Positions 9,324 through 17,616 of a stretch of DNA of 64,000 bases are shown here, in pieces. The stretch covers positions 192 through 64,191 of the forward strand of contig JAXJBF010000135.1 of assembly GCA_036303105.1 (NCBI GenBank), given 5' to 3'. The stretch's first letter is position 1. The number at the start of each line of letters is the position of its first letter. This DNA comes from Peptococcaceae bacterium. Its GTDB lineage: Bacteria > Bacillota > Peptococcia > Peptococcales > Peptococcaceae. Below the pieces are notes generated by a model. The model searched no databases, had not been told where the DNA came from, and was given only the letters and a program-made list of their open reading frames with translations. The position numbers and the translations under genes are program-made.

Positions 9324-9488
9324 CCCCGCAGATACCATCTGCTGTTACAGTTGGTCTGCGGGGAACCCTTTTCATATCTTCTTTCATCCGGACTTTACCG
9401 TCGGTAACGGAATCACACCGTTTCGGCCGCTTTGCGGTTCGCAGACTTTACTGCCGGTCAGGAATTTCACCATGCCCCGAAGATAAAT
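9324..9488 (-). promoter_or_regulatory. FMN riboswitch (RFN element) plus downstream hairpin
   Basis: Minus strand: UCUUCGGGGCAUGGUGAAAUUCCUGACCGGCAGUAAAGUCUGCGAACC...GGUGUGAUUCCGUUACCGACGGUAAAGUCCGGAUGAAAGAAGAU. Followed by CCCCGCAGA..UCUGCGGGG (9364-9324). Confidence 0.85.
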
Positions 9489-9502
9489 GGTAACCTACGA
9501 GA

Positions 9503-9904
9503 TTAGAATGAGTATTCTCTGGGCGGGTTGCCGGAAAAATCGGCAATAACAGCTTTGGCGTCGGCCAGATAGAACACCTCAAAAACTGGGTTGTCAGCGG
9601 TCTGGTAATTTCCCTTTACAATCGGGTTTTTAAGAGCCGCTTCCTTGATGGCCTTATCGTCCACGAAGGTTGCCTTGCCGCTGATACGAATCCACTCATA
9701 GGAAGGAGAGGAAATACAGATTTCCACATACGGATTCTCCTGCATATCCTTATAAACATCTTTCTGATTGCCGGTATTGAACCAGAGCTTTCCGTCCTTT
9801 TCAAAGCTGAACATAAACGGGCGGCATTTGGCCTTTCCGTCACGACCTACGGTTGCGAGATACTGTACGGGGTTTGCCTCTAAAAATTTGGATACTTCTG
9901 ACAT
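9503..9904 (-). CDS. Pyridoxamine 5'-phosphate oxidase family (FMN-binding) protein
   Basis: NPVQYLATVGRDGKAKCRPF..LWFNTGNQKDVYKDM pattern. AAAGGAGG RBS. Confidence 0.8.
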   Translation of the reverse strand: MSEVSKFLEANPVQYLATVGRDGKAKCRPFMFSFEKDGKLWFNTGNQKDVYKDMQENPYVEICISSPSYEWIRISGKATFVDDKAIKEAALKNPIVKGNYQTADNPVFEVFYLADAKAVIADFSGNPPREYSF

Positions 9905-9968
9905 GGTGAATGTCCTCCTTTAATGATATGAATTTACTGCTTTTAGAAAGCAGTAAAATGCGTGTTGA

Positions 9969-10598
9969 TTACTTTCTGACAACGCTGATACGCTGCTGAA
10001 TATGATTTCCTTTGGTAATTTCATCGACCATAGCGATCGCATAGTCTGCATAGCTGATAATGCTTTCACCGCGGCTGTTCAACGTGAGTTCCTCGCCTGC
10101 GAGAATGTACTCGCCGGTTCTCTCGCCATCAGCTTGGAAATCTCCAGCAGGGCTGATAAATGTCCACTGTACATCGTTTCTCTTACGCAGTTCCTCAAGC
10201 GCCTTGCCCTGTGCTTTCGCAAGCGGCAAAAACTGCGGCGGGAAATCCGGACCATCGGATACAACGGCGGTATGCTCCGGGTTGACATACAGGCTGCCTG
10301 CGCCGCCTACAACCACCAAGCGAATCTTTTTGCCGGAAAGGATATCGCAGAGGTGCATCAGGGACTTGGTGTGATTGGGGAGTTCTTCCTCCGCCCAAGC
10401 GCCGAAAGCGTCCACAACGACATCAAAGCCTTCCAAATCTGCTGTAGTCAGATCAAACAAATCCTTGCAGATATATTTTTCTGCTGCCGATTCATTCTTG
10501 CCCTTTGCAATCGCCGTTACATCCAGCCCTCTGTCGATAGCTTCTTTCACGACTAACCTGCCAACTCTGCCATTTGCACAAACTACTGCCACTTTCAT
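9969..10598 (-). CDS. NAD(P)H-binding (NmrA/atypical SDR-like) oxidoreductase
   Basis: MKVAVVCANGRVGRLVVKEA Rossmann N-terminus. Confidence 0.8.
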   Translation of the reverse strand: MKVAVVCANGRVGRLVVKEAIDRGLDVTAIAKGKNESAAEKYICKDLFDLTTADLEGFDVVVDAFGAWAEEELPNHTKSLMHLCDILSGKKIRLVVVGGAGSLYVNPEHTAVVSDGPDFPPQFLPLAKAQGKALEELRKRNDVQWTFISPAGDFQADGERTGEYILAGEELTLNSRGESIISYADYAIAMVDEITKGNHIQQRISVVRK

Positions 10599-10794
10599 TT
10601 CGAATACCTCCAGTAAATTATTTTTGTTGTAAGCCTCTCGATTACAACCGAATTATAGCACGGCATCGTTGTAATGTAAATGCTTACAACGAAATTTTTT
10701 AAAAAAATTTTTCCACCTGCCGTCACGATGTAATCGTTTACATTACACCGAATTTTGCTTATAATGATACCGATAGAAATGTGAGGTGGCTTAT

Positions 10795-11223
10795 ATGCAA
10801 TTTTCTTCAAGACTCCCGGTTGCCGTACATATATTGCTGGCAATCGTTGAATTTGAGGGCAAGGAAAAGACAACATCTACATTCCTTGCCGGAAGTGTCA
10901 ATGTAAATCCCGTTATTATACGAAATACTTTGGGACAGTTGAAAACAGCCGGACTTGTTACGGTAAAAGCCGGAGAAGGGGGGGCGTCCCTTGCGAAAGA
11001 TCCGAAGGACATCACTCTGATGGATATTTTTAATGCTGTCGAGAAAAAGGAAGCGCTATTCCATTTTCACGAAAATCCAAACCCGGAATGTCCCGTTGGT
11101 AAAAATGTTCATGCCGTACTGGATTGCAGGTTGGCTGCTATACAGGAGACAATGCAGCGACAAATGAAATCTATTACCTTGCAAGATTTAATCAACGACA
11201 TGGACGGTATGCTCGCACAGTAG
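10795..11223 (+). CDS. Rrf2-family transcriptional regulator
   Basis: MQFSSRLPVAVHILLAI..NPVIIRNTLGQLKTAGLV. Start set at the ATG after the GAGGTGG RBS. TATAAT at about 10761. Confidence 0.85.
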   Translation: MQFSSRLPVAVHILLAIVEFEGKEKTTSTFLAGSVNVNPVIIRNTLGQLKTAGLVTVKAGEGGASLAKDPKDITLMDIFNAVEKKEALFHFHENPNPECPVGKNVHAVLDCRLAAIQETMQRQMKSITLQDLINDMDGMLAQ

Positions 11224-11391
11224 TTTCTTTTTTGGCAAACTAAAATTGATTCTTGACGCTATATGGTATTGGTGCGAAGGATATAAGGCTTCCTTGAAAT
11301 AAACGCAGGCTATCTCTATCTATCCGTATGTAAGAGTCGAAAATTAGAGGCTGAAACAGCTAGATTTTAAGCCGCTTTTAAGACATAAACT

Positions 11392-11428
11392 TTGAGGGGT
11401 AAGGTGTTGTACCTTACCCCTCAATTTT
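11392..11428 (+). terminator. Intrinsic terminator hairpin
   Basis: 14-bp stem TTGAGGGGTAAGGT/ACCTTACCCCTCAA followed by TTTT. Confidence 0.6.
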
Positions 11429-11480
11429 GCGTTTGAATGCATTACGGGTTTTATCGTGCGGCGTTCATTATAGTTTTGAT

Positions 11481-11855
11481 TTATGCAAAAATCACTTCTG
11501 CATTCACGATTTCCGCAGCCGCTTCACGCAGCACATTCATCTTTCCAACCCACTTCATCGGATTTTTTGCCTTTAGCTGTTCGGTTATGCCCTCGCGCTC
11601 CGCCATCTGTTCCACCAGCCGAAGAAACATATCTTCCGCCTGCTCGTCAATATCTGCAAGATAACTGTTCAACTTGCCGCTTGTGAGCAGGTTGGTATAA
11701 AGCACCTTGCGGTGCTGTTGGAAATAGCGCAGGTGCCGCTGTCCCCATATCCCTATGGGCTTATTTTCTTCGGCGGGTAAAAGGAGATTCGGTAAGTAAT
11801 AGTCACCTTGCCGTGTATAAGTGCCGCCCATCTGTTCAAGTATTGTCTTTTTCAT
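11481..11855 (-). CDS. tnpV: TnpV-like transposon protein
   Basis: MKKTILEQMGGTYTRQGDYYLPNLLLP..IGIWGQRH, resembling Tn4451-family TnpV. Confidence 0.8.
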   Translation of the reverse strand: MKKTILEQMGGTYTRQGDYYLPNLLLPAEENKPIGIWGQRHLRYFQQHRKVLYTNLLTSGKLNSYLADIDEQAEDMFLRLVEQMAEREGITEQLKAKNPMKWVGKMNVLREAAAEIVNAEVIFA

Positions 11856-11859
11856 AACC

Positions 11860-12063
11860 TTAAACCTCTGTGATTCTAATTTTGAATTTCTTAACAGGTG
11901 CATTGACTACTTTGATTAGAACATCATCTACTGCGTCCGTATATCTGCCTTCTGCCAGCAGATTGTTCCGCAGCGCATTAAGAGCATTTAATATTATTCT
12001 CCGTTCGTTTTCATCAATCGCTATGTAGTGTTTTGATTTCGCATATCCGTTTACTTCCTTCAT
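11860..12063 (-). CDS. Small hypothetical protein 4 nt upstream of tnpV
   Basis: 67-aa ORF. From memory, commonly seen next to TnpV in Clostridia elements; function unknown. Confidence 0.5.
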   Translation of the reverse strand: MKEVNGYAKSKHYIAIDENERRIILNALNALRNNLLAEGRYTDAVDDVLIKVVNAPVKKFKIRITEV

Positions 12064-12275
12064 CTACATTGTAGCAAGGAAGTTTTTGCTTGACGAATGT
12101 GCGATTTTATTTTTGGGCATAAAGAAAGACAGCGTAAAAAGCATTTCTGCCTTTTTCGCTGTCTTTCGCCTTTGCAACGCCCATAAGTTGTATTTTCAAT
12201 ATTTTATTCAAATTACTGCCTTATGTGGTGTTAGCAAAAGGCTTGCGCCTTTGAGCGGAACCTTGTTTAATTTTT

Positions 12276-12929
12276 TCACACGCCATAAAATTCCAGAAAG
12301 GTTTTCAGTTCAGCGGTTTGCGGTGTGTGCAGCAGCTTGTCTTTGCTGCCGTGTTCGAGCAGGCTGCCCTGGTGAATGTACCAGATTTGGTCGGCGACGC
12401 GCCGTGCCTGCTGGAGGCTGTGGGTGATGAGGATGAGCACACAGTGGGTCTGCTGCACGTAGTGCAGGATGAGCTGCTCTGAGAGCAAGGTGGTTTCAAT
12501 ATCCATGGCGGCAGTCGGCTCGTCGAGCACGACAACGCCGTAGTCTTTCATCATCAACCGCGCCAGTGCCATGCGCGCGGTTTCCCCGCCAGACAGGCGA
12601 TGGGCTGGTTTGTCGGCGAGGTGATCAATGTGCAGCGCCTGCATCAGCTGCGCGGCTTTGGCCGCGTCTTTGCCATTGAGCAGCACATTGGCTTTGGTGC
12701 TCATGCGAAAGGCAAAGTTTTTCTGCGGCATGTAGCCGATGTCTGCCCCGGCGAGGACTTTCTTTTTCTGATCGGACTTGATGGTGCCGGTGAGCACCTT
12801 GGCCAAGGTCGATTTGCCGCAGCCGTTGGCGCCAATGACAGCATAGATGGTGCCAGGAGCAAGCGCCATGGCTGGAAAATCCAGGACGGTTCGGCCATCG
12901 TAGGTTTTCGTGAAGGCTTGACTATTCAT
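12276..12929 (-). CDS. tupC: Tungstate ABC transporter ATP-binding protein
   Basis: Walker A GANGCGKST, LSGGE, VVVLDEP. Start at MNSQ shares an ATGA overlap with the tupB stop. Confidence 0.8.
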   Translation of the reverse strand: MNSQAFTKTYDGRTVLDFPAMALAPGTIYAVIGANGCGKSTLAKVLTGTIKSDQKKKVLAGADIGYMPQKNFAFRMSTKANVLLNGKDAAKAAQLMQALHIDHLADKPAHRLSGGETARMALARLMMKDYGVVVLDEPTAAMDIETTLLSEQLILHYVQQTHCVLILITHSLQQARRVADQIWYIHQGSLLEHGSKDKLLHTPQTAELKTFLEFYGV

Positions 12930-13612
12930 CGGCTCATCCTCCTTTGGGCCAGCGTGAGAACAACGTTCACCAAGAGCGACACGCTCATGAGAATGATGCC
13001 CAGGGCGATGCCCAGCGAGAAATTCCCACGGTTGGTGTACTGCATGATCGCCGTGGTCATGACGTTGGTCTTCCAAGCGATGGCACCGCCGACCATGGAA
13101 ACAGCACCAACTTCAGCGATGGCGCGCGCAAAGGCAAGCAGATAGACGGAAAAAATCTGGTAGACGCATTCGTTGGTCAGAAGCCAGAAGGTTTTCAGCC
13201 CGCCAAGCCGCAGCCCGCGCGCTGTTTCCCGCACTGCCGAAGCAATGCCGGATACGTAGGCCTCCATGTTGCCGACAACGATCGGTGTAATCAGCACCAC
13301 CTGCGCCATGACCATGATTTTCACGGTGAACAGCAGCTGCATGTGACGAAATGGACCCACGCCTGAAAACAGCATGTAAAAAATCAGGCCGCAGACAACC
13401 GGCGGCATGCCCATCAAGGTGCGGTTGAGCACCAGCAGCACCCCACGCCCCGGAAACCGGCACGCCCCCAGCCAAACGCCAAGAGGCACGCCGATAAGCA
13501 GGGCAATGATGGAGCTTTGCACACTCATGATGCCCGTTACTGAAAGAATATTGATAAGCTCTGGATCCGCTGAAAGAATCAGTGCCAGCGCTTGTTCCAG
13601 CGCACTTCCCAC
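12926..13612 (-). CDS. tupB: Tungstate ABC transporter permease
   Basis: Multi-TM permease. GTG start preceded by AAGGAGG. Confidence 0.8.
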   Translation of the reverse strand: MGSALEQALALILSADPELINILSVTGIMSVQSSIIALLIGVPLGVWLGACRFPGRGVLLVLNRTLMGMPPVVCGLIFYMLFSGVGPFRHMQLLFTVKIMVMAQVVLITPIVVGNMEAYVSGIASAVRETARGLRLGGLKTFWLLTNECVYQIFSVYLLAFARAIAEVGAVSMVGGAIAWKTNVMTTAIMQYTNRGNFSLGIALGIILMSVSLLVNVVLTLAQRRMSR

Positions 13613-13700
13613 GTTTCTGCCTCCTTTTCTAAAAAATCCCGTGGGTCTGCCCACGGGATTTATTGTACCCTATGCGCCCTGTTTGCAACAGAGGCAGTTC

Positions 13701-14714
13701 TTATTCAACCTGACCGCCGTTGGCCACGAAGGTGAGATAAGTAGCCTTATCGGTCAGAATGTACGCGCCCTTTTCTTCTGCCATGACAAGGCAAGCGCCC
13801 ATGCCGGCGTTGGCAGAGGTATACCAGCTGGTGTAATCAGCGAAGGATGCTGGATCAGCGGTAATGCCGAGGTCGGCTGGCCAGAGGGAAAGTTCCTTGG
13901 TGTGGGTGCCGGATTCGTCGCCGCGGGAAATAAATGGATATTCCCCTTCAGCGATGGCTGCAAACGCATCCTTAACGGTGGCTGCATCGGCAACGCCTGC
14001 TGGGTCATCGGATGGACCGCAGAGCACGAAGTAGTTGTAGAGGAAGGAAAGACGTTCTGTATCAAAGCCGTCAACCACACGGGCATAGCCAGCGTTGACA
14101 AATTCTTCTTCCTGAGATTTTGAATGTACGAGGATCAGATCAGCGTTGCCGTTTTCAGCAGCAGCAATGGCCTGACCAGTACCAGCAGAAGTGACTTCAA
14201 CAGTGTAGCCGTATTCATCTTCAAAGATCGGCAGGAGATAGTCGAGCAGACCAGAGTCGTTGACCGAAGTGGTCGTAGACAGACGAATGGTCTTGGTATC
14301 GTCGGTGGCTTTGGCAATGTCGCCACTGTACACTGGCGCGTTGTCTTCGCGATAGAAGAGGTATTCACCGTAGTCATCATAGCCATAGTTTGCAGCCAAA
14401 TCCAGCGCTTCGTCGGTCAGCAGCCACTGAATCAGAGCGTCAGCACCAGCGGTGTTGATGGCAACATCAGAAACGGCATTGCCATTGGCATCCACAAATG
14501 GCGCATCTGGATTGACAGCGATCACGGTGTAGGTGTTCAGCATGTCATCGTCGGCTTCTTTGAGAATGGTGGTATCGACAACCACAGCATCCTTGTTGTC
14601 TGATTCCTGCGCAGCCGATGTTGCAGCGGTATCAGAGCTGTCGCTGGAATTGCCACAGCCAACCATACCCACTGCCAGCATCAGAACGAGCAGCAATGAA
14701 ACGATTTTCTTCAT
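13701..14714 (-). CDS. tupA: Tungstate-binding lipoprotein TupA-like, apparently circularly permuted
   Basis: Lipobox LAVGMVGCG. TTTS motif and GTGQAI..FISRGDESGTHTKE core. The segment normally C-terminal (YTVIAVNP..) sits at the N-terminus. Confidence 0.8.
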   Translation of the reverse strand: MKKIVSLLLVLMLAVGMVGCGNSSDSSDTAATSAAQESDNKDAVVVDTTILKEADDDMLNTYTVIAVNPDAPFVDANGNAVSDVAINTAGADALIQWLLTDEALDLAANYGYDDYGEYLFYREDNAPVYSGDIAKATDDTKTIRLSTTTSVNDSGLLDYLLPIFEDEYGYTVEVTSAGTGQAIAAAENGNADLILVHSKSQEEEFVNAGYARVVDGFDTERLSFLYNYFVLCGPSDDPAGVADAATVKDAFAAIAEGEYPFISRGDESGTHTKELSLWPADLGITADPASFADYTSWYTSANAGMGACLVMAEEKGAYILTDKATYLTFVANGGQVE

Positions 14715-15004
14715 TTTTCATTCCTCCAAAAATAAAAGTAGAATAAAAAAAGAACGGCCCCATCCAGCTCCAAAAAGGCACACTTCGCCTGTGTGTTCTT
14801 CTTGGCATTTGGAAAGAGGCTCGTCCACCGCTTTTCAAAAGGTATACAACGTCCACTGTCTCCAGGGTCGTCACTTTTTCTTAATAAAGCATAACACATC
14901 TACCTATACTTTTGAAGTAGGATTATTTTATACTAGTAATGAAGCTGTATTTCAAATAATAATAAGCTATAATAAACTAAAATCACATTTTGAGGTGAAC
15001 AGTC

Positions 15005-15910
15005 ATGCGATCGGAACAATTAGAGTATTTGAACGAAATTGCTCGTGCAAACTCTATAAATAAAGCAAGCAAGAATCTATGCATCTCGGCTCAAGCACTA
15101 AGTGCATCCATGAAAAATTTAGAAGAAGAACTAGAATTTCAAGTCCTAGATACAACCTACAAGGGAACACAATTAACAGAAAAAGGAGAAGAGTTGTTAG
15201 AGGCAGGTTTAGTTTTTTTGAATAAGATCTATGAATTGCGTGGCTATCGATCTGAACGAAGAAAAATTATCGGAAAAGTTGAGCTCTACTGCGTTCCGGG
15301 TGTAGTAGAAACCATTTTACCAAGTTTTTTTCTAGAGTTTCAAAACTACCACCCTAATGGTGAACTTGAACCTATAGCTATCAACTATCAAGAAATAATG
15401 AGCGGCTTATTACTTGAGGATTTTGAATACGCCTTTGTTTTTGCACCAATGATTAACGAACAAAGCATGATAAACTGGGAAGAACGCTTCTCTTTCACTC
15501 CATTAAAATCCATGAAATATTATTGTGCTATTAATAAAAACTTATATCTTGCGTCACAGAAAAGCATATCCATAAAAACCATGTTGGACTATGACATCAT
15601 TGCTTATGAACCTGAAAGCTGCAAAATATTTTCAACCAGCCGCATCTATCATTATTTTAACCCCCAAAAAAAGATTCAATCTATAAAACATAAAGGAATT
15701 TTCAATAAAGTTCAAGCAAATAAAAAAGTTGTAAGTCTAACGACCTCATTAGATGGAACATTCTCAGATAATAAAAATGTTGCCTATATTCCACTTTCTG
15801 ATAAAAACGTGCGTGCAAATTTTGGCTATATCAAATTAAAAGGCAAACAATTATCTACGCAGTCTCAAATGATGATTGACATGTTCCAAGAATTCTTACG
15901 AGTTCGTTAA
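15005..15910 (+). CDS. LysR-family transcriptional regulator
   Basis: MRSEQLEYLNEIARANSINKASKNLCISAQALSASMKNLEEEL HTH. Confidence 0.85.
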   Translation: MRSEQLEYLNEIARANSINKASKNLCISAQALSASMKNLEEELEFQVLDTTYKGTQLTEKGEELLEAGLVFLNKIYELRGYRSERRKIIGKVELYCVPGVVETILPSFFLEFQNYHPNGELEPIAINYQEIMSGLLLEDFEYAFVFAPMINEQSMINWEERFSFTPLKSMKYYCAINKNLYLASQKSISIKTMLDYDIIAYEPESCKIFSTSRIYHYFNPQKKIQSIKHKGIFNKVQANKKVVSLTTSLDGTFSDNKNVAYIPLSDKNVRANFGYIKLKGKQLSTQSQMMIDMFQEFLRVR

Positions 15911-15950
15911 AAGCTTTCTTATACATAGAATTTACTCTCTTAACTTTAAA

Positions 15951-15990
15951 GTACCAATTGTTGGCATCTCTGCAACAATTGGTACTTTTT
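15951..15990 (+). terminator. Intrinsic terminator
   Basis: GTACCAATTGTTG/CAACAATTGGTAC followed by TTTTT. Confidence 0.7.
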
Positions 15991-16139
15991 ATGCTTCAAG
16001 TAAAACTTGATAGGTCAAAACAACTCCGCAGACAAGTACTTATATGCAGCAAACGTTTCAAAGCTTATGATATGTATAAAGAGATGTGAATTAGCCGGCT
16101 ATATAATAAATATTATCTATGAAAGAAGGGTGTATTGAA

Positions 16140-17585
16140 ATGGAACAAACAAACAACACCGCATTACGTTACTATGCAAAGATCCTATTAATTGCTGTGT
16201 TAATGTTCGGTATTGGGTTTCTGCCATCTATCGGTGATATTACCCCATATGGAATGAAAATTTTAGGTATCTTTATAGGCTGTATTGTTGGTTGGGGATT
16301 TGGGTACCAATTCATTACAAGTATTTTCGCTCTCATTCTATTAAGTTTTCTTGGCGAAAATACGATTGATACCGTGTTAAGTGGGGCTTTTGGCAACGCA
16401 AGTTTGGTACTCGTTGTGTTCGCATTTTTATTCTGTTTCGGCATTGAAAAAACAGGCATTATGTCCTACGTTGCCAACTATATTCTATCAAGAAAGTTTA
16501 CCTCTAAAGGTCCTTGGTTTATTTCCCTTGCATTTTGGATCGCCTGCTGTGTATGTTCTGCATTGATTACCAACTGTGTGCCGGTAATCATTCTCATGTG
16601 GGCCATGTTCTACGAAATTACAGAAAAAATGCATGTTCCACGAAATCATAAATGGGTACAAATAACAATGATTTTATTATGTGTAGTCGGATACACTGGA
16701 AGCGTTATCATGCCATACTCAGGGTGGCCAATTATGGCCTATGCATTGGCTGGCAGCGTGCTCGGAAATACAACAATCAATTTTGCTTCCCACACGATCT
16801 TAATGCTTGTGCTTAATGTTGCTATTATTGCAGTTTTATTTATCTTATGCCAGTTTTTACTCAGACGAAAATTAGAAATTACCGTTTCTGACAACCTAAT
16901 TAGCAGCAAAAACTTGAAGATGGACAAAGCACAAAAATTAGGTGTATTTTATCTCGCGTTACTAGGTTTGGCTATTTTTCTACCAAACATTATCGACGCC
17001 TCTGTTCCAGGAATAAACATCTTATCTAGGTTATCGTCAGTTGGCTGTTTTGCTGTAATTTGCGTATTAATGTGCATTACAAGAGTTGACGGAAAACCAT
17101 TAATGGATCCTGTTGAGTCAATGAAAAACATTCCTTGGTCATTATATTTTCTTTTACTGGCAGCATTGTTCTTAGCTTCCTTGATTTCTTCTCCAGAGAC
17201 AGGAATTAGCGCAACCATCGTCAGCATACTCAATAGTATGTTAGGTGGTATCGGCGTGTTCGGTGTTATCGCGCTATTCGTTGCTTTTGGTTGCTTAATC
17301 ACCAATGCTATAAATAACGTCGTATGTATGAATATTTTCATTCCTATTGGTGTTGCCACTATCGTCGGAATGAGCGGCAATCCTGCTGTATTGGTTGAAT
17401 TGTTGCAAATGGTCCTTTACCTCGGTTTAATCCTTCCTAGCGGCAGTGCTGTTGGAGCATTAATGCATGGGAACACCGAGTGGTTGCAAACAAAATCCAT
17501 TTATAAATACGCATTTCTTGGTTGTTTCGTTGTTGTTATAGTTTGCTTAGTAATTGGTATTCCATTAGGCAATCTATTATTTTAA
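16140..17585 (+). CDS. Polytopic anion/organic-acid permease (ArsB/NhaD-SLC13-like superfamily; family uncertain)
   Basis: About 12 or more hydrophobic segments. Start set at MEQTNN. Confidence 0.65.
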   Translation: MEQTNNTALRYYAKILLIAVLMFGIGFLPSIGDITPYGMKILGIFIGCIVGWGFGYQFITSIFALILLSFLGENTIDTVLSGAFGNASLVLVVFAFLFCFGIEKTGIMSYVANYILSRKFTSKGPWFISLAFWIACCVCSALITNCVPVIILMWAMFYEITEKMHVPRNHKWVQITMILLCVVGYTGSVIMPYSGWPIMAYALAGSVLGNTTINFASHTILMLVLNVAIIAVLFILCQFLLRRKLEITVSDNLISSKNLKMDKAQKLGVFYLALLGLAIFLPNIIDASVPGINILSRLSSVGCFAVICVLMCITRVDGKPLMDPVESMKNIPWSLYFLLLAALFLASLISSPETGISATIVSILNSMLGGIGVFGVIALFVAFGCLITNAINNVVCMNIFIPIGVATIVGMSGNPAVLVELLQMVLYLGLILPSGSAVGALMHGNTEWLQTKSIYKYAFLGCFVVVIVCLVIGIPLGNLLF

Positions 17586-17616
17586 TAAATAATATTCTAT
17601 AAGGAGTGAAGCTGTT

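Noticed and set aside
12930-13076. N-terminal extensions of track ORFs (here tupC; the same applies to hicB, MFS, TerC, coaX, rnz and others)
   Set aside because: The extensions overlap the upstream gene and lack RBSs. Internal starts with AGGAGG-type sites and family-typical N-termini were used instead.
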